This document shows, piece after piece, positions 1 to 19,722 of a stretch of 64,000 nt of DNA. Each line of letters opens with the position of its first letter. Positions within the stretch are counted from its first letter, which is position 1. The notes beneath the pieces were generated by a model that saw only the letters and a list, made by a program, of their open reading frames with translations, searched no databases and was not told the origin of the DNA. The DNA comes from Hormiphora californensis (lineage: Eukaryota > Animalia > Ctenophora): NCBI GenBank assembly GCA_020137815.1, contig CM035360.1, forward strand, positions 4,402,001 through 4,466,000, in the 5' to 3' direction. Made by a program: the position numbers and the translations under genes.

Positions 1-47
1 GCAAGAATATGAGTATAAACTGATGAATCACTGTCTAACTTTCTAAC

Positions 48-5128
<5,081 letters not shown>

Positions 5129-5919
5129 TAGACAAGGAAGGGAAGTCTTCGTTAGTTTGAGAAATCACAATTAATACTTGCTGGGTAACCCCTTACTCAA
5201 CAAATTAATACAGGGTGATTCGAGAAATGTGAAACAGAAAAGCTAGAATGCATTCTAGAAATGAAGACTAGAAATGAAGACAGTTAGAACTTGTTGAGAT
5301 AGAGTACACGTGTCAGGGTAGCACAGTGCATCAGCTGAGAGTTGAACTGGTAAGGTTTCCTTAAAACCCGATACCCGATTTCTCTAATAATGCCGTGAGT
5401 GTGTGGTTATTATTTCTATCTCCCTCTCTCTCTAATAAATGTGTGTGGTTGCTGTGTGAAGGGTGTTACTGAGTGTGTTGGGCAGGAGGATCACCGTGGT
5501 ATGACCCCGGTCAAGTGTTGTGGCATAACTGTGCAACGAGCCTTGCTAAAGACATCTTTCTTGACATCAAACCTTCCCCGGAGGAACTAGTGTTACAGGT
5601 TACAGATGATAACTATTAGCCGCAGGAGGCTGAAAGCGGAAATGGCAAACTATTTAAAAATATAAAAGCTGTATTGTGACAGTATTGTGACATATTTTAT
5701 TTAAGGGGCAACATTCGCTGATTGTTATAGGCATGTCAGAGACGGCAAGTTGAATCAACTCAAATCTATGAACAAATGTTAAAACAACAAGCTAAAACTA
5801 ACGTTTTTAATTCCGCAAAACAAGCAAAAGTTTTAATTGTAACAATTAAAATGTAACAGGGCCCAGACACAACAACCTCCTTCGGTCTAGTTACACATCC
5901 GAGACTCAAACATATTCTA

Positions 5920-5965
<46 letters not shown>

Positions 5966-5980
5966 ATCTCTGACGAGGAT

Positions 5981-6184
5981 CACGTGGGGAGGGTTGTTAA
6001 CCAATCAGCGCCGTTTGCGGAGATCACGTGAGGGGTAACAAGCCAATCAGAGCGCAGGACGGGGAGACACGTGAGAGGAGGCTGTGTCCAATGGATAATG
6101 TCCGTGACAGTCGGTCCTAGGAGGCTGAGAGATGGGAGGCTGGCACAGAACACTCTTACACGTAGAGACACTGAGAGAGAGAGT

Positions 6185-6244
<60 letters not shown>

Positions 6245-6306
6245 CCGTGTCTTTGTGTACGTTCCTCTCTCGGCCTGGTGCGCTGAATGTCACGTGAAAC
6301 CACGTG
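5981..6306. promoter_or_regulatory. E-box (CACGTG x5) + CCAAT-box cluster; candidate promoter/enhancer upstream of the MYRF exons
   Basis: CACGTG at 5981, 6025, 6068, 6291, 6301; CCAATCAG at 6001 and 6043. Confidence 0.45.
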
Positions 6307-7459
6307 TTTACCATGTGATACACAATCTGTCAAATACCAAAGCAGTCCCGATTGTGAACTGTATTTTGCATCAATTCATCAAGCCCGATTATATGTGTTA
6401 CACCCTAAAACAATTCATAATATATGGGATAGAAAATACTGACTTGTAAACAAGCTTGGGATATATAAAAGCGATTGCTGGTAAGAGAGAGATGGTCAGT
6501 AGCAGGGAAAGATAGAAAGATAGAAAGATAGACGGGGGATGGGGAGAGAAGCCACACCTTTCTGACTGTAACAAGACGTGACAGGCACGGCCCACATACG
6601 TACATTATATTCGCGTAGTATTACTATTTAGTAACGGTAGATGGGGAACTGCATTGCGTTTTCGTTACGATTGGTATATGCGGGTAAACGATTCCAGTAA
6701 AAGCCGGAAGAGAGAGAAGCAAGTTGGCGACTGTTAGACTGCCTCGTGCGAACTCCCATCACAGAGAACAAGAGCATGAAAGGTAATCGAGGAACTGAGC
6801 AGTTCCACCGGTTGGATACTCACGTCTTCCGATCCCGTGACAATATCAAAATGGCACTCAATTTCACCTCAATCCATCAATCGAGTTAAGTTTGTTATCA
6901 CCATTCATTCACCGGGAGGGAGAGAGAGAGAGAGAGAGAGATAGAGAGATAGAGAGCTGATGTTATCATTGTTTCGGAACCGTTAAGCCGTGAAACAATT
7001 CATTAATTGGTAAATTGGAAAATGGAATTCATGGTATGGTTCCAGGTACGAGGCAGAACTGATCAGACTCTCCAAATGACCAAAATAAATACAAAGGGAG
7101 ATCTGTATCGGACCAAATGGGGAATTCTTGCCTGGGGTTAGAAAATAACAAGGGAATTCGGGGACCCAGTTGGCGAACAAGTTTTACAGCAAAGACATAC
7201 CCGAAAAGTAAAATTGAAACTACATTATGTAGGATTAAATACCCCGGCGTCCAGGAAGGGGGAGATCATTTTGGAAACTTGTAAAACCGTGTCCCCCTCA
7301 CTGATAAGAATCACGTGACCGATAGAGAGTTTTGAGTTTATCACGTGACCACGACGATGTGCCAGTCACCGAGGATTTAGTCATGTTTCGTTCCTGGCAC
7401 CCCCGCGAGAGGGAGAGAGAGAGAGAGAGAGAGATAGAAAGATAGAGAGAGAGAGAGAT

Positions 7460-7514
<55 letters not shown>

Positions 7515-7683
7515 AAGATAGAGAGAGAGAGAGAGTTCGGCCCTTTCTCCGCCAGTCACCAAGCTCTTCTCTCCTAGCCACCACCAAGCTCTTCTCCCCC
7601 GGCACATGTTACAGTAAGTAGCTTTCTGAGGTGAGGTCAGGCATCCAAGACATGCAAGCGAAACAGAAAGATAGTGAGAGAGA

Positions 7684-7730
<47 letters not shown>

Positions 7731-8218
7731 GAGGGGGATTATTGTTGAATATATATTTTTTCTGAGCAGTATTAGATTTTGTCTCCGTTGTGATTGGGCC
7801 TCCCAGATTTAATCTCAGAGCTACGCGAGATTAGGAACCGTACCGCGGGATCAAACGAATTGAGATCTGAAACAACCGCTCTCCTCAAGCAAAACTGATA
7901 CCCTGTCAACCAATCCCAGCTGCTGAAAGGCGTCTATAACAGAAAGCTGCGATTAATCGGCGATATAGATGTGCTGATAGTAACTTTGATTAGAGGGAGG
8001 GATTGGCTATAACTGTTGCTATAGAGACAGAGCATAATCAATCTATCCTTTGAATCAGAAATGCGGACATACTTTTCAAAAGAGACCCACAGTTAAACCA
8101 TGTGAGCGGCTAGATCTGACAATTCGTTGGACAGTCTTATATTGCTACAATATTATTTTCGCCGACAAATACGCAACAAAGCTCAGACCGAGCTCTTTTG
8201 AAAGACCTGCTGAACCAG

Positions 8219-9231
8219 TAGGCCAGTCATTTTTTGTCATTTTGGGGCCGTTTGGTGAACTGAGACATAACAAAGGTTTTCCACTTGTATTGTACTCCTA
8301 TGGGGTCCTAGAAACACCAGAAAAATTGTTCACTCCAACCGAGGTGAAGAAAGTGCCCAAAATGGCCACGCCCTTTTTGCCTGTATTTTCAGCCTTGACC
8401 AAAAATAGCAACTTTGCTTTGGATTGGAGTAGAAACGTAAATGAGGGCACTAAAATGTGTAGAATGAGCAGCAGAATCGATTGGTACCAAGCAGAAGTCG
8501 TTATCTCATCAGGTTCGAGAGATAATTGGATAGTTAGGTATGCGCATAACCGTTTTTGAGCCATATGGCTATAGCCGCTCAGGAGCGGTTTCAGAAATTT
8601 TGCTTCACAGGAGCTTGTTCACCATATAAAATTTAGTGGGGGTAACAAATATGAAGTTTTTATTGCATAAGGTCAATGAGTTATTCAACTTTAAAGATCG
8701 AAAAATGGGGGTAAAAAGTCGAAATTTGGTTCATTTTCCTTCATTTTACCCTCATTTTTCGATCTTTAAAGTTGAATAACTCATTGACCTTATGCGATAA
8801 AAACTTCATATTTGTTACCCCCACTAATTTTTATATGCTGAACAAGCTCCTGTGAAGCAAAATTTCTGAAACCGCTCCTGAGCGGCTATAGCCATATGGC
8901 TCAAAAACGGTTATGCGCATACCTAATTATCCAATTATCTCTCGAACCTGATGAGATAACGACTTCTGCTTGGTACCAATCGATTCTGCTGCTCATTCTA
9001 CACATTTTAGTGCCCTCATTTACGTTTCTACTCCAATCCAAAGCAAAGTTGCTATTTTTGGTCAAGGCTGAAAATACAGGCAAAAAGGGCGTGGCCATTT
9101 TGGGCACTTTCTTCACCTCGGTTGGAGTGAACAATTTTTCTGGTGTTTCTGGGACCCCATAGGAGTACAATGCAAGTGGAAAACCTTTGTTATGTCTCAG
9201 TTCACCAATTAAGCAAAAAGTGACTGGCCTA
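8219..9231. mobile_element. ~1-kb palindromic (foldback/MITE-like) non-autonomous DNA transposon flanked by TA
   Basis: TA-GGCCAGTCA...TGACTGGCC-TA; arms of ~500 bp are near-perfect reverse complements (mirror ORFs 8298-8564 and 8896-9162); short loop near 8716-8745. Confidence 0.9.
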
Positions 9232-9491
9232 CAGTCTATCGAAGTGCTTTAAAGAGGACTAAAAGTGATAAACTCCTTTCTTGACGGACGGAGCTGGGAG
9301 GTTGGTGATAGTCGTAGCGTAACACGGTGGTCAAGTTGTGTTAAATATACTGTTACAAGACAGTCCTAGGACGGCAATATTTCAAGTAAGAGTCTTTCTC
9401 CCATTGGGTAATTTAGAGTCATTAGTCTTCCTTTCTATCTTTCTCTATCTTTCTCTCTCTTTCTCTCTCTATCTTTCATTCTCTCTCACTA

Positions 9492-9569
<78 letters not shown>

Positions 9570-9729
9570 TATCGTTGTTATCGCTTAGCACTACAACTCA
9601 GCCGAAGATCGTACCAGGCTCACAAAATTCGTAACACCCAAAACCTAACCCTTGCCCTATTTATCTCGCTATCAATCATTTTATCCTTTCTCACTCCCTC
9701 TCTCTCTCTCACTCTCACTCTCTATCTCA

Positions 9730-9788
<59 letters not shown>

Positions 9789-10211
9789 TCTATCCCTCTC
9801 TCTATCATTCTCTGTCCTTGGCTCTCTTTCTCTCTCATTATCTTTCTTAGTTCCACAATCGTGCCCCGGCATTTAAATTGCAGCTCTAAATAATTAAAAT
9901 CCCACTTTTTGAGCTCCCCTTCGTTTGAGTTGAACCCTGCATTTGAGCTGTTTCCGGAAACCTCCTAACTTTGAAAGACCTACAACAGTGTGACGTATGG
10001 TTCACACCCAACGTCCGACTGGAGTTATAGGTATGGAACTTGAAACCTGTCAAAGACCACTATAATATGGGTGTTTTAGTGAAATTGAAAGCCAGCTACT
10101 GCAAAGCAAACAACGCTGTATGTGAAGGAAAGTCAACTGATAAAGGTAAGAGAGCTGAACACTGGGGGGGGGGTGGAGAGAGAAGGGAAGGATAATGAAA
10201 GGGAGAGATAT

Positions 10212-10279
<68 letters not shown>

Positions 10280-11151
10280 GATAGAGAAAGAGAGAGAGAG
10301 AGAGAAGGGAGATAATAGTGGGAGAGAGAGATATAATAGTGGGAGAGAACCTGGTTTATTGATATTATGATCTGAAACTAATCACTCTCCGAGGGTCTTT
10401 TTCTAATTAGCATTAATGTAGATTGTGACAAGTCACACCCAGAGAAAGAGAGCGAGGGGCCGAATCAAATCACAAAAAGATAAAATAAACTGATCAGTGA
10501 TCATGGTATAATCGCACGCTATAGAGCTGTAGTACATCAGACAAGGTTGCTTGTCAGAAAAACTGTTACAAAACATTGTATGCAAATTGGCACTCAAAAG
10601 ATAGAGAGAAGGGGAAGGAGAGTGAGAGAAGAGAGGGTGGGGGAGAGAGAGATCAGAGGGAGAGAGGGTGAGAGAGAGAGAGAGAGACGAGGGCGATCAG
10701 GTAGAGTAGCACTGGAAAGTGACAGAAACAACTGTTATCATCGATTGATCCTCGCAAAAAGTAGTACATATGTGGACTTGACTTGGACATAGCCAAAATA
10801 AATGCTAGAGACAAAAAGGTAGAGACAAAAAGGGCGCAAGAAAGGAGTCTGAAAGCTTGTTCAATTGGTTGTCAACAGCTACTGACATTGTGAGTGTGTG
10901 TAATTGTTGTGTGACCGGGAGAGAGAGAGAGAGAGAGGTAACAAGATGGTTACCATGGCGACTGATCGGCTGATAATTACCATGGTAACGCCTCATTTTC
11001 ACTTACTGGAAAATATAGTCGGGTGGTCTGGTGTCAATGGCTCCGATTTAAAGAACATAGCCCAACAAAACGAGAAATTGCACTAAAAGAAGCTTGTATA
11101 TTATAGCTCTCTCTCCCTCTCCCTTTGCTAGAGCGGGTATATGGGAGACAA

Positions 11152-11245
11152 CCAATCAGGGCGAAGAATTGAAGGTCACGTGACCGTGTCTAGCCAATGG
11201 GAGAGCGGCATTGGGTGACTAGTACGGCAGGTCCCGTGCCAATCA
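11152..11245. promoter_or_regulatory. CCAAT-box cluster around a perfect GGTCACGTGACC palindrome
   Basis: CCAAT at 11152, 11195, 11239; ATTGG at 11210; GGTCACGTGACC at 11174-11185. Confidence 0.4.
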
Positions 11246-14200
11246 CTTGATGTGCGATGATATATCACTCCCCGGCTGTACCCTGTTCCAAGCTATATTT
11301 ACTTTAGCAGTAGGGGTGATAAGAGACATACAATTGACCATTATATCTGGAAAGAGAGAGAGAGAGAGATAGAGAGATAGAGAGAGAGAGATAGAGTGAG
11401 AGAGAGAGAGAGGAGAGAGAGAGACGGGTGGGAGAAAAAAAAATTTAAAAAAATTTTGGAAATTAAAAAAAAAAAAAAGGGGGAAAGGAGGGGGGGGGGG
11501 GGGGGGGGGAAAAGGGGGGGGGGGGAGAGAAAAGGGGGGGGGGGGGGAAAAAAAGGAAAAAAAAGAAAACCAATTTTTAAAAAATTTTAAAAATTTTTTT
11601 TAAAAAAAAAAGGAAAAAAAAGGGGGGGGCCAAAAAAAAAGGGAAAAAAGGGAAAAAATTTTAAATTTTTTAAAACCCCCGGGAAAGGGGGGGTTTGGTT
11701 TTTTTGGGGGGGGGGGGGGGAAAAAAAAAAGGGGGGGGGGAAAAAAATTTTAAAAACCCCAAAAAAAAAAAGGGGGGGGTTTTTTAAAATTTAAAAAAAC
11801 CCAAAAAGGGAAAAAAAAAAAAAAAAATTTTTACCCCCTCCCCCTTTTTTTTTGGGGAAAAAAAAAAGGGGAAAAACCTTTTCCCTTTGGGGGGGGGGGC
11901 CGGGGGTTGGGGGGGAAAAATTTTTTTTTCCCCCCCCCCCGTTTTTTTCCCCCAAAATTTTTCGGGGGTTTAAAAAAAAATTAAGGGCCCAAACAAAAAA
12001 AAAAAAAGGGGGGAGAGAAGAGAGAGAGAGAAGGGGAAAAAAAAAATAGAGAGAAAAAGGGGGGGAAAAAAAGGGGGGGAAAAAAAAAAGGGGGGGGGGG
12101 GGGGGGGGGGGGGGGGTTTTTTTTTTCCCCCCGGGGGAAAAAAAAAAAAGGGGAAAAAAAAAAAAACCCCCCGGGGGAAAACCAAAACCGGGAAAAAAAA
12201 AAAAACCCCTTTTCCCCCCAAAAAGGGGGGGTTTTTTTTTTTCCCCCCCTTTTCCCCCCCCCCCCCCCCCCCCCAAAAAAACCCCCAAAAATTTTTGGGG
12301 GAAAGGGGGGGGGGGAAAATTGGGAAGGAAAACCCCGGGGAAAAATTTCGGTTTTTTTTTTTTGGGGGGTTTGGGGGTTGGGGAAATAAAAAATTTTTTT
12401 TGGGGTTTTTTTTTTTTTAAAAAATTGGGGGAATTTTGGGGGGGGTTTGGGGTTTAAAAAAAAACCCCAAAAAAATTTTTTTTCTTTTTTTTTTTTTTTT
12501 TTTTTAAAAAATTTTTCCCCCTTTTTTCATTGAATGATTCCCCCCCCTTTTTTTGGGGAACTTTACACCCCCGCATATAAATGTATGAATGAGGAGCCCC
12601 CCTTAGCAGGTATATCGTATAATTAGTGTAGACGGGATTTTCTCTCCCACTCCGTCTCTTTCCCCTGATTCTCTCCCTTCCTCTCTCTTTCTCGCTCCCC
12701 ATCCCTCTCCCTATCATATTAATTCGGTCACACTACTTTTCAAACTTCTATTTATCATGAATGAGATAAGAGCTAGAGTTTCAAAAAGGCCGAAAAATAC
12801 CGTCCGACGAAAATTTTGATAATGAATTTTCTAGAAGATCGCCCGGAGAGGGATAGAGAGGAAAAGAGGGAGAGCGATGATGATTGATGATGAATTGCTT
12901 CAAATTTATAATTACTGACAAGTGATGACAATATGATTGTGTGATCGGGTTCAATCATTTTCTCGATCCTAATTCCCACTGATCTATCTCCCGACACACA
13001 CGTGTCATACCTTCCGCCGTCTCTCTCTCAATCTCTATCCCTCTATCGTTCTCTCTCATTCTCCCTCTCCCTATCCATCTATGTTTCTTTCAATATCGTT
13101 TTCTCTCTATCTTTTTCTTACCATTGCTCTCCATTGTTATATTATGCGGCGAGACCCTTTATCCGCTATGGCTTCTTTCCTTGAGAGAGCTCTGAAACAA
13201 CAACAGGGGGATAATATGCACTGATCAGCAGACGTTACTCGCCCAACACCATATATGGGCATTGAAACATAACACATGGCCTTATAAGGACATATAGAGT
13301 GCTAAATATGGAGATACGTACATTGTATGGTGTGTTTAGGTAGATAGGCTTCCCTGGCGGTGTCAGGTGTATTGTAGTTTTCCTGTTCTTGACATGGCTC
13401 GTAACACGTTTCCTAATCAAGGAGGAGGGGGGTTTTAATGGTCAATCAGATAATGATAAAGAATGTAAAACATAATGGGACTTGAGCAGTCCTCGCTACA
13501 CACAAGCACAATTCTAAGGGCCTTTCTTAACGAGACAAAAACTACAATTGCACCCTGCAATTGCAGCTCGTCTAGAAAGGCCCTAACTAAAACGGGAAAG
13601 CGGTGATTTAACGAATGATAGGATTAAGAAGAGACAGGGAGAGACTTGGTCCATGCCCAAGATGATTGAACAAGGAGCGTCTAGCACAATCACAAAGTCC
13701 CCGTCCCGCAAACTGATAAAGGATTTGAAGAACTGACTGCAAAGGAACATTTCGAAGGAATGGGTAGAACGGAAAATGAATAGGGAACTGCAGTTGCTAA
13801 TAACAACGTCATGCATGGGCGATTTAAGATCGTGTGTAAGGGTAATTACCCGTGAGATCTTGAATAATTGAGCGGTCACCTAATTAGAGATAGGGAGGAC
13901 AATAATTGCGAACCACGACCGATATAAACAATAGAACACGTTAGAGAGTGTTTAAACGATTTATTGACAAGCACAAACCTACCACAAACAATCTAAAATT
14001 GCAAAAATAAACGATGACAAAACAGATCTACCAGCTTGATCAATGAGAGATCAGCGATAGAAAATAAGAATCAGAAACCAATAAATGAGAGACAGATACA
14101 ATGACAGACAAGGACTGACGTTGGACATTAATTTGCCACTCTCAACAGATCTATCAACAGCACTCAGTATCGATGGTTAAAAAACAAATTCGAAGAAGAG

Positions 14201-17200
14201 AGAAGGAGAGAAAGAGAGAGGAAAGAGAGAGAGAGGAGGAGAAGAGAAATAGAGGAGAAAAGAGAAGAAGAAGGATATAATTCAGTATCCCTCAAGAATA
14301 ATAGTCAATACTTCTCTCTCGAAATTTCCTCTCTTCTCTCTCTCTCTCTCTCTCCCTCTCCTTTTCCCTACTCCAAGTATATGATTCTTTCCCCAAACAT
14401 TCCCATTAGTACAAGTAATATATCTTTTCCCAACCTTCTCTAATCTTCCAAATCTTGGAGATTGTGCTCCGATCCCTTCTTTTCTAACCTAGCGCCGTTG
14501 CTCCAAAATCGATACCAAAGAAGGTACGAAGAAATCAAACAAACAGTCTGCGGCCGAAGGTTTAAAGTAGTAGACAAGGGTAAATATAATATATTATTGG
14601 CGGTCAGACACAGTTAGCAGATATTAGCCAATAGACATGTTCTTGGAATGAAGTTGTTGACTCAACAAGAACGAATCGGGTACTTGGGGAATATCAAGAA
14701 CATAATGGACGAGGTGCCTGAAAAATGAATTATACGACAAGAAAGGAAGGAAAGGAATGAATCAGAAGCTGGTAGAGATCATGGTCTAGCTTGCTCGAGC
14801 TCCCCCAAAAGTAAAGGAAGGGTAGAACATAACAAGGTCTAGCTCATTTTGGGGGGAAAAAGAGAGTGTGCCTGGTGTTCCAGATAGACCTTCGTAATTC
14901 TGCAGAATCATATACGGGTTATTGAATAGAATTGAGAACATGATATTATATCGAATGGAATCATCCTGGGACATAATAAGTGCACTTGATGTGAGAGGGG
15001 GGTAAATGTGAAAGAAATCTGGGGGACATAGGAACGGCAATTGGAATTGGAATAAGGCACAGATAAGTGTACTAAAAGAGGAGATAGGGAGAAAGAGAGA
15101 GTGAGAGAAAAAGGGAGAGAGAAAGAGAGAGAGAGAGAGGGAGAGAGCGAGCGAGAGAGAGAGAGAGAGAGAGAGAGACAAAGGATATATTCACTGGAGA
15201 AGTGATATAAGGGGGTAAAATATCCCCTCTTATCGCTCGAGGTCCACGTTATTCGATTTCCTGGCCAACACCGTGTGTGATATGAAAGAGGAGGAATTGA
15301 CCAAGCCAAGTTGAGAACCAATTCAGGTTATATCGATAAAAATCCCGTAACGAGAGAGCCGTGTGCTATACTGTCTGAAGGAGTAGTTAGTAGACACTAG
15401 ACCCTGTCTAGTGTTCACAAGTTGGATAAGATATTTGAAAATTTAGAGAAATTGGAGAGAGAAAGAGAGAGAAAGGGATAGAGAGTTAAGGTGTTAATGA
15501 GAGAGAGAGGGCTGGGGAGCATGGAAGTGTGAATGTGGAAGATGGGGCGTTGGTAAAAAACCGCGAACACTGTCATACTTCATCAGCAGGGAATGGAGGG
15601 AAAAGTTGGGCAATTTGAACAATTCCAGTCGACAGTATATCACGCCCAATTCAAATCTTGCTTATTCTCTCTTTCTCTTTCTCTCTTTATCACGTGCGAA
15701 ACATATACCGACACTCTTCAATTCGAAGTAGACGAATAGAAGAGACAAAGGCAATAAAAGAGAGATCAGGGAGAGAGTGTGGGAGTGAGGGAGAGAGAGT
15801 CATCATCTATCCATACAATGGATCCAAAGGAATGAATCTGACAGAAGACAGTTGAAAAACGAAGATGAGGATAAAATTGTGGGAATACTCAGCGAAAATG
15901 AGTGAAGTGAATAGTGACGAGAGATTTTAGAGCAAATTAAAAAGGTGAGGAAAATGAGAATGAGTCAAAGAGTGATAGATAGTCGAAGTGATAGCTTTAT
16001 TAGACATAGAGATGGAGAAATAGAGACGGCTTGGAGATCACAATCAAACCTGTTGACAAAAGAATAAAACACATAATATGTGCTGGGGGCAATTTTGCTG
16101 CGGGTTTTTCGGTCTGTTTCCTTAGAAAAAGGTCCCGTCGGGTTTTCTAAATTTTTAGTGATCTGAGTATTATAAATCAAAACACATACGACCCGAATAA
16201 AGGGTTGGAGAACCTCCGATGGAAATCAGAACGGGGTTGGAATAAAGTTTGAAAATACAGAGATACAGAGTAGTAAGGCATGCATCTAAATATAATTCAT
16301 AGAGAAACAGTTGTACATTGCAATATATATGTCATGTGGGTATGTTAGTAGCAGACTTGAGAGAGATATTATATAGAGGAAAAATAAAAACTAGATTCAC
16401 TACTGTGGGTATAGAAATTTATGTAGCAAACTTGGAGAGGAAATTGGAACCCAGACGGTTAGACAACGCACACCCCGTTGATAGCTGCATGCCATCCCGG
16501 CGCGTAAGTGAGGAATTTGTAGCCCGCAACCCCGGGCAATTGACTAACCCCGTTCCCGACCTAGTATTTTATTGAGAGTAAAATTATTTTTTGGGACTTA
16601 AATCATACTGACTTTTGTTTTTCTTGAAAAACCTCGTTTTTTCCAAGTGGAGTTGGAGCCTCACATGGTTCTTCTGGATTTTTTTCCAAATTCCCCCTTT
16701 TTGGGGTTTTAATTGTTTGTGTTTTTTTGGGGCCAATATGCTTATAACATCAGCCAAAAATGTTCCATTTTTTGGATAAACCCTAAAAAAACGTGGGAAA
16801 AAAACCGGGAGAAAACCAGCCAAAAAATTTGAACCCCAACCCCCCCTCCAAAAAAAAAAACCCTTTTCGGGCCTTCTCTTCTCTCTCTTTTCTCTCTCTT
16901 CTCCTCTCTCCTTCTCTTCTCTCTCTCTTTTCCCCTCTCTCTCTCCCCTCCTCTCTCTCTCTCTCCTCTCTCTCTCCCCCCCCCAAGTCAAGAAGCGGCC
17001 GGGCCCCGGGTGTAATAATCTTGGTTTTCCATTATTTTTAAATTTTACTATAACTTCTCTTTAAAACCAAACTCCTCTCATCCTCTCTCCCTACCTCAAT
17101 TTCTCCTCACACTATAATGCTTTTGTTTTTAAACATAGAGCCGAGGGGGGCTCATATCGCGGTCGAACTCTTTCCCTAACCCCGGAAACCGGGGCCAAAA

Positions 17201-17579
17201 AAACCTTATCGTTTTAAATATTCATCCCTGAAAAGGGGTAAAATTTAATATGGAAATCTAGACTGAAAAAAAACAATGAAAAGCAAAGGGGCCTGGCGTG
17301 TCCCTTTTAAATAAACAAAGCAATTTATTGGGGGAACCGGGAGGGGGGGGCCCTTTTTTTTAAAGGGTTCAAGTTTAAAAAAGACAGAAGGAAAACAGGG
17401 GGAAACCCTCAACGCATCCAAAATTTGCTAACCATTGTCCATTAGGGAGTTGAAGCAAGGGGGGCACGGTCAATGACAACAACGACAATTCAAACTGGAG
17501 TGTGCTTCTTTACAATTAGGTTGAGAGAGAGAGGGAGAGAGATATAGAGGGAGAGAGAGAGAGAGAGATATATATATAT

Positions 17580-17610
<31 letters not shown>

Positions 17611-19540
17611 TAAAGAACGTGTAAAGGTTAAACCACCCTCTGATAAATTTATACGGCCTCTCCCTCTCTTCTTTTCTCTACTGCCCAACACATGGCAGAC
17701 ATTCACGCTATGTCAGTAGTAGCTGAGCTGTATACTTCAAGTATTACTTGGTAATCGGGAAATTAGAGCTTCAAACGACCTCCAATATTCTCTCAATAAC
17801 AGACCATACAGCTCTCTCTACTCTCAAGACTGTAATTCTCTCTTTTTCTCTCTCCTCTGAAGACTGTAGTTCTCTCAGTCTCCCTCGACTATCTCTCCCC
17901 ACCTTCAGCAGCAGCAGACCTCTAGCCGGCATTATTCAAACAAGAACACCATGGAACGAGGGTTGAACACTGACAAAGCCGGCTAAGATATATACTGGCA
18001 CAATTAAATTACACGCACAAAAGACGGAGGAATTACTGTATTCAACTGTATTGGCAATGTATTTAATGTGAAAACGATCTCTCTCGCATATATCCCATAT
18101 ATCATTCCCCATTTCTCTCACTCCCCCTCTCCCTTCGATATATGATGTATGAACCCGTACAACTGATGATAGTCGGTGAATCGCGTCTAGTTCACCTACT
18201 ACTAGACACCTCTCACGTGTCATATCCCTCTTCATCTCTCTGGCCGGTGGTCAAAGAACCGTGAAATTAACCTGACATGATAATGTCATGTCAGCTGCAA
18301 AAAGAGTTAGAAGCAGAATCGGAAAATCAGGTTGCCAACATATCTTCACTTGCTCAGACTGTTTCCTGTGGCCCCTGAGTGTGAACAGTAGGCACAACTC
18401 CCCGCGTCCCTACAAGGTATTTTTTATTTGCAAAGTTGGCTAAGTCATAATGGTAATACCAAGGCCATAGTGGTAATATAACTAGTCAGGACCACTATTG
18501 GTGCACGGTCGTGCCCACGGAAGGAGTGCTTGGATCATCTTGAAACCGGTTTTAAGTTAACTAATGCATATCCAAAAGTGTCCAATAGTGTCTGTAGCTA
18601 TTTGGGTAATATTGTTTAGTCACAAAAGCCGGCTACAGAATATTTCCGCAAAGCGTAATAATCATATCACAAGCTGTACAGAGAAGCAAGGAAGATCGGA
18701 AGCAGTCAGCCGTATAATAACTCTAAGCGGCAAAGATGCTAAAGATGACCACCCTCCGACCCATAGCGGCATAACAACACAAGCTCATCGCATTTTTCGT
18801 CCAACGATTCTAGCCCTAAACAGCTCTAGGATTTAATTACATTGAAACTTGGATCAAAGCGGTCAACAGCAACTCTCTCGCTAGATAATGTGTTATAATA
18901 TCTCTTGCTCTCTATAGTAAAAGTAACGATCTCTCCCCTGCTCTCTATAGTTAAATTAACAATCTCACTCCTGCTCTCTCTAGTGAAAGTAACGATCTCA
19001 CTGCAACGGTGTGGTGGGGATGGAAGGATTGGTGAACTGGTGACTGGTAGTGCCAGTACATAGAGCTGAAGTGAGAGAGGGCGCATACTGAGAGCTGCAC
19101 TGTAGTGGCCGGTGCAGTGCATGCGAGCCAGATAGAGGGGGAAGGAGAGATCAGATAGAGAGACTAGAGAGAAAGATAGATAGAGAGATAGACGGTTTTT
19201 ATTAAACGAAGATCGATGGTCTAAGCAAGGAAGTAATATATGGAACGAGACTAACTGACGCGGATTCAGAGAATGCAAGAGACTTCCAATTTCCATCGAG
19301 GGCCGAGTCGGGAGAGTGTAATAAACAAAGATGAGGGAGTGAAAAGAGAGGAACGAAAAAGGGAATCCAAATATAGCGATACAAGAGAGCGATACTGATC
19401 CATCATCCAGGTCTAATGTTATCTAATTATTGGTTTCACTTGACCCTGGACTTAACGTGCTGGACCTTACGACATACCCGCCCTAGACTTCTGCTTGCCT
19501 GAGAAAGAGAGAGAGAAAGGGGGAGAGAGGGAGAGAGAGG

Positions 19541-19617
<77 letters not shown>

Positions 19618-19673
19618 AGAGAGAGAGGAGAGAGACGAGAAGAGAGAGAGAGAGGAGAGGGAGAGGGAGGGAG

Positions 19674-19722
<49 letters not shown>

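Noticed and set aside
8050-9170. Mirror-image 88-169 aa ORFs
   Set aside because: By-products of the palindromic element; no domain-like motifs.
11430-12560. G/A/T/C homopolymer mosaic with Gly/Lys/Phe/Pro-rich ORFs
   Set aside because: Pattern typical of degraded base-calling after a long (GA)n tract; not credible as genes or G-quadruplex arrays without read support.
16680-17400. Second homopolymer-inflated stretch and its ORFs
   Set aside because: Same low-quality signature; probable assembly artefact.
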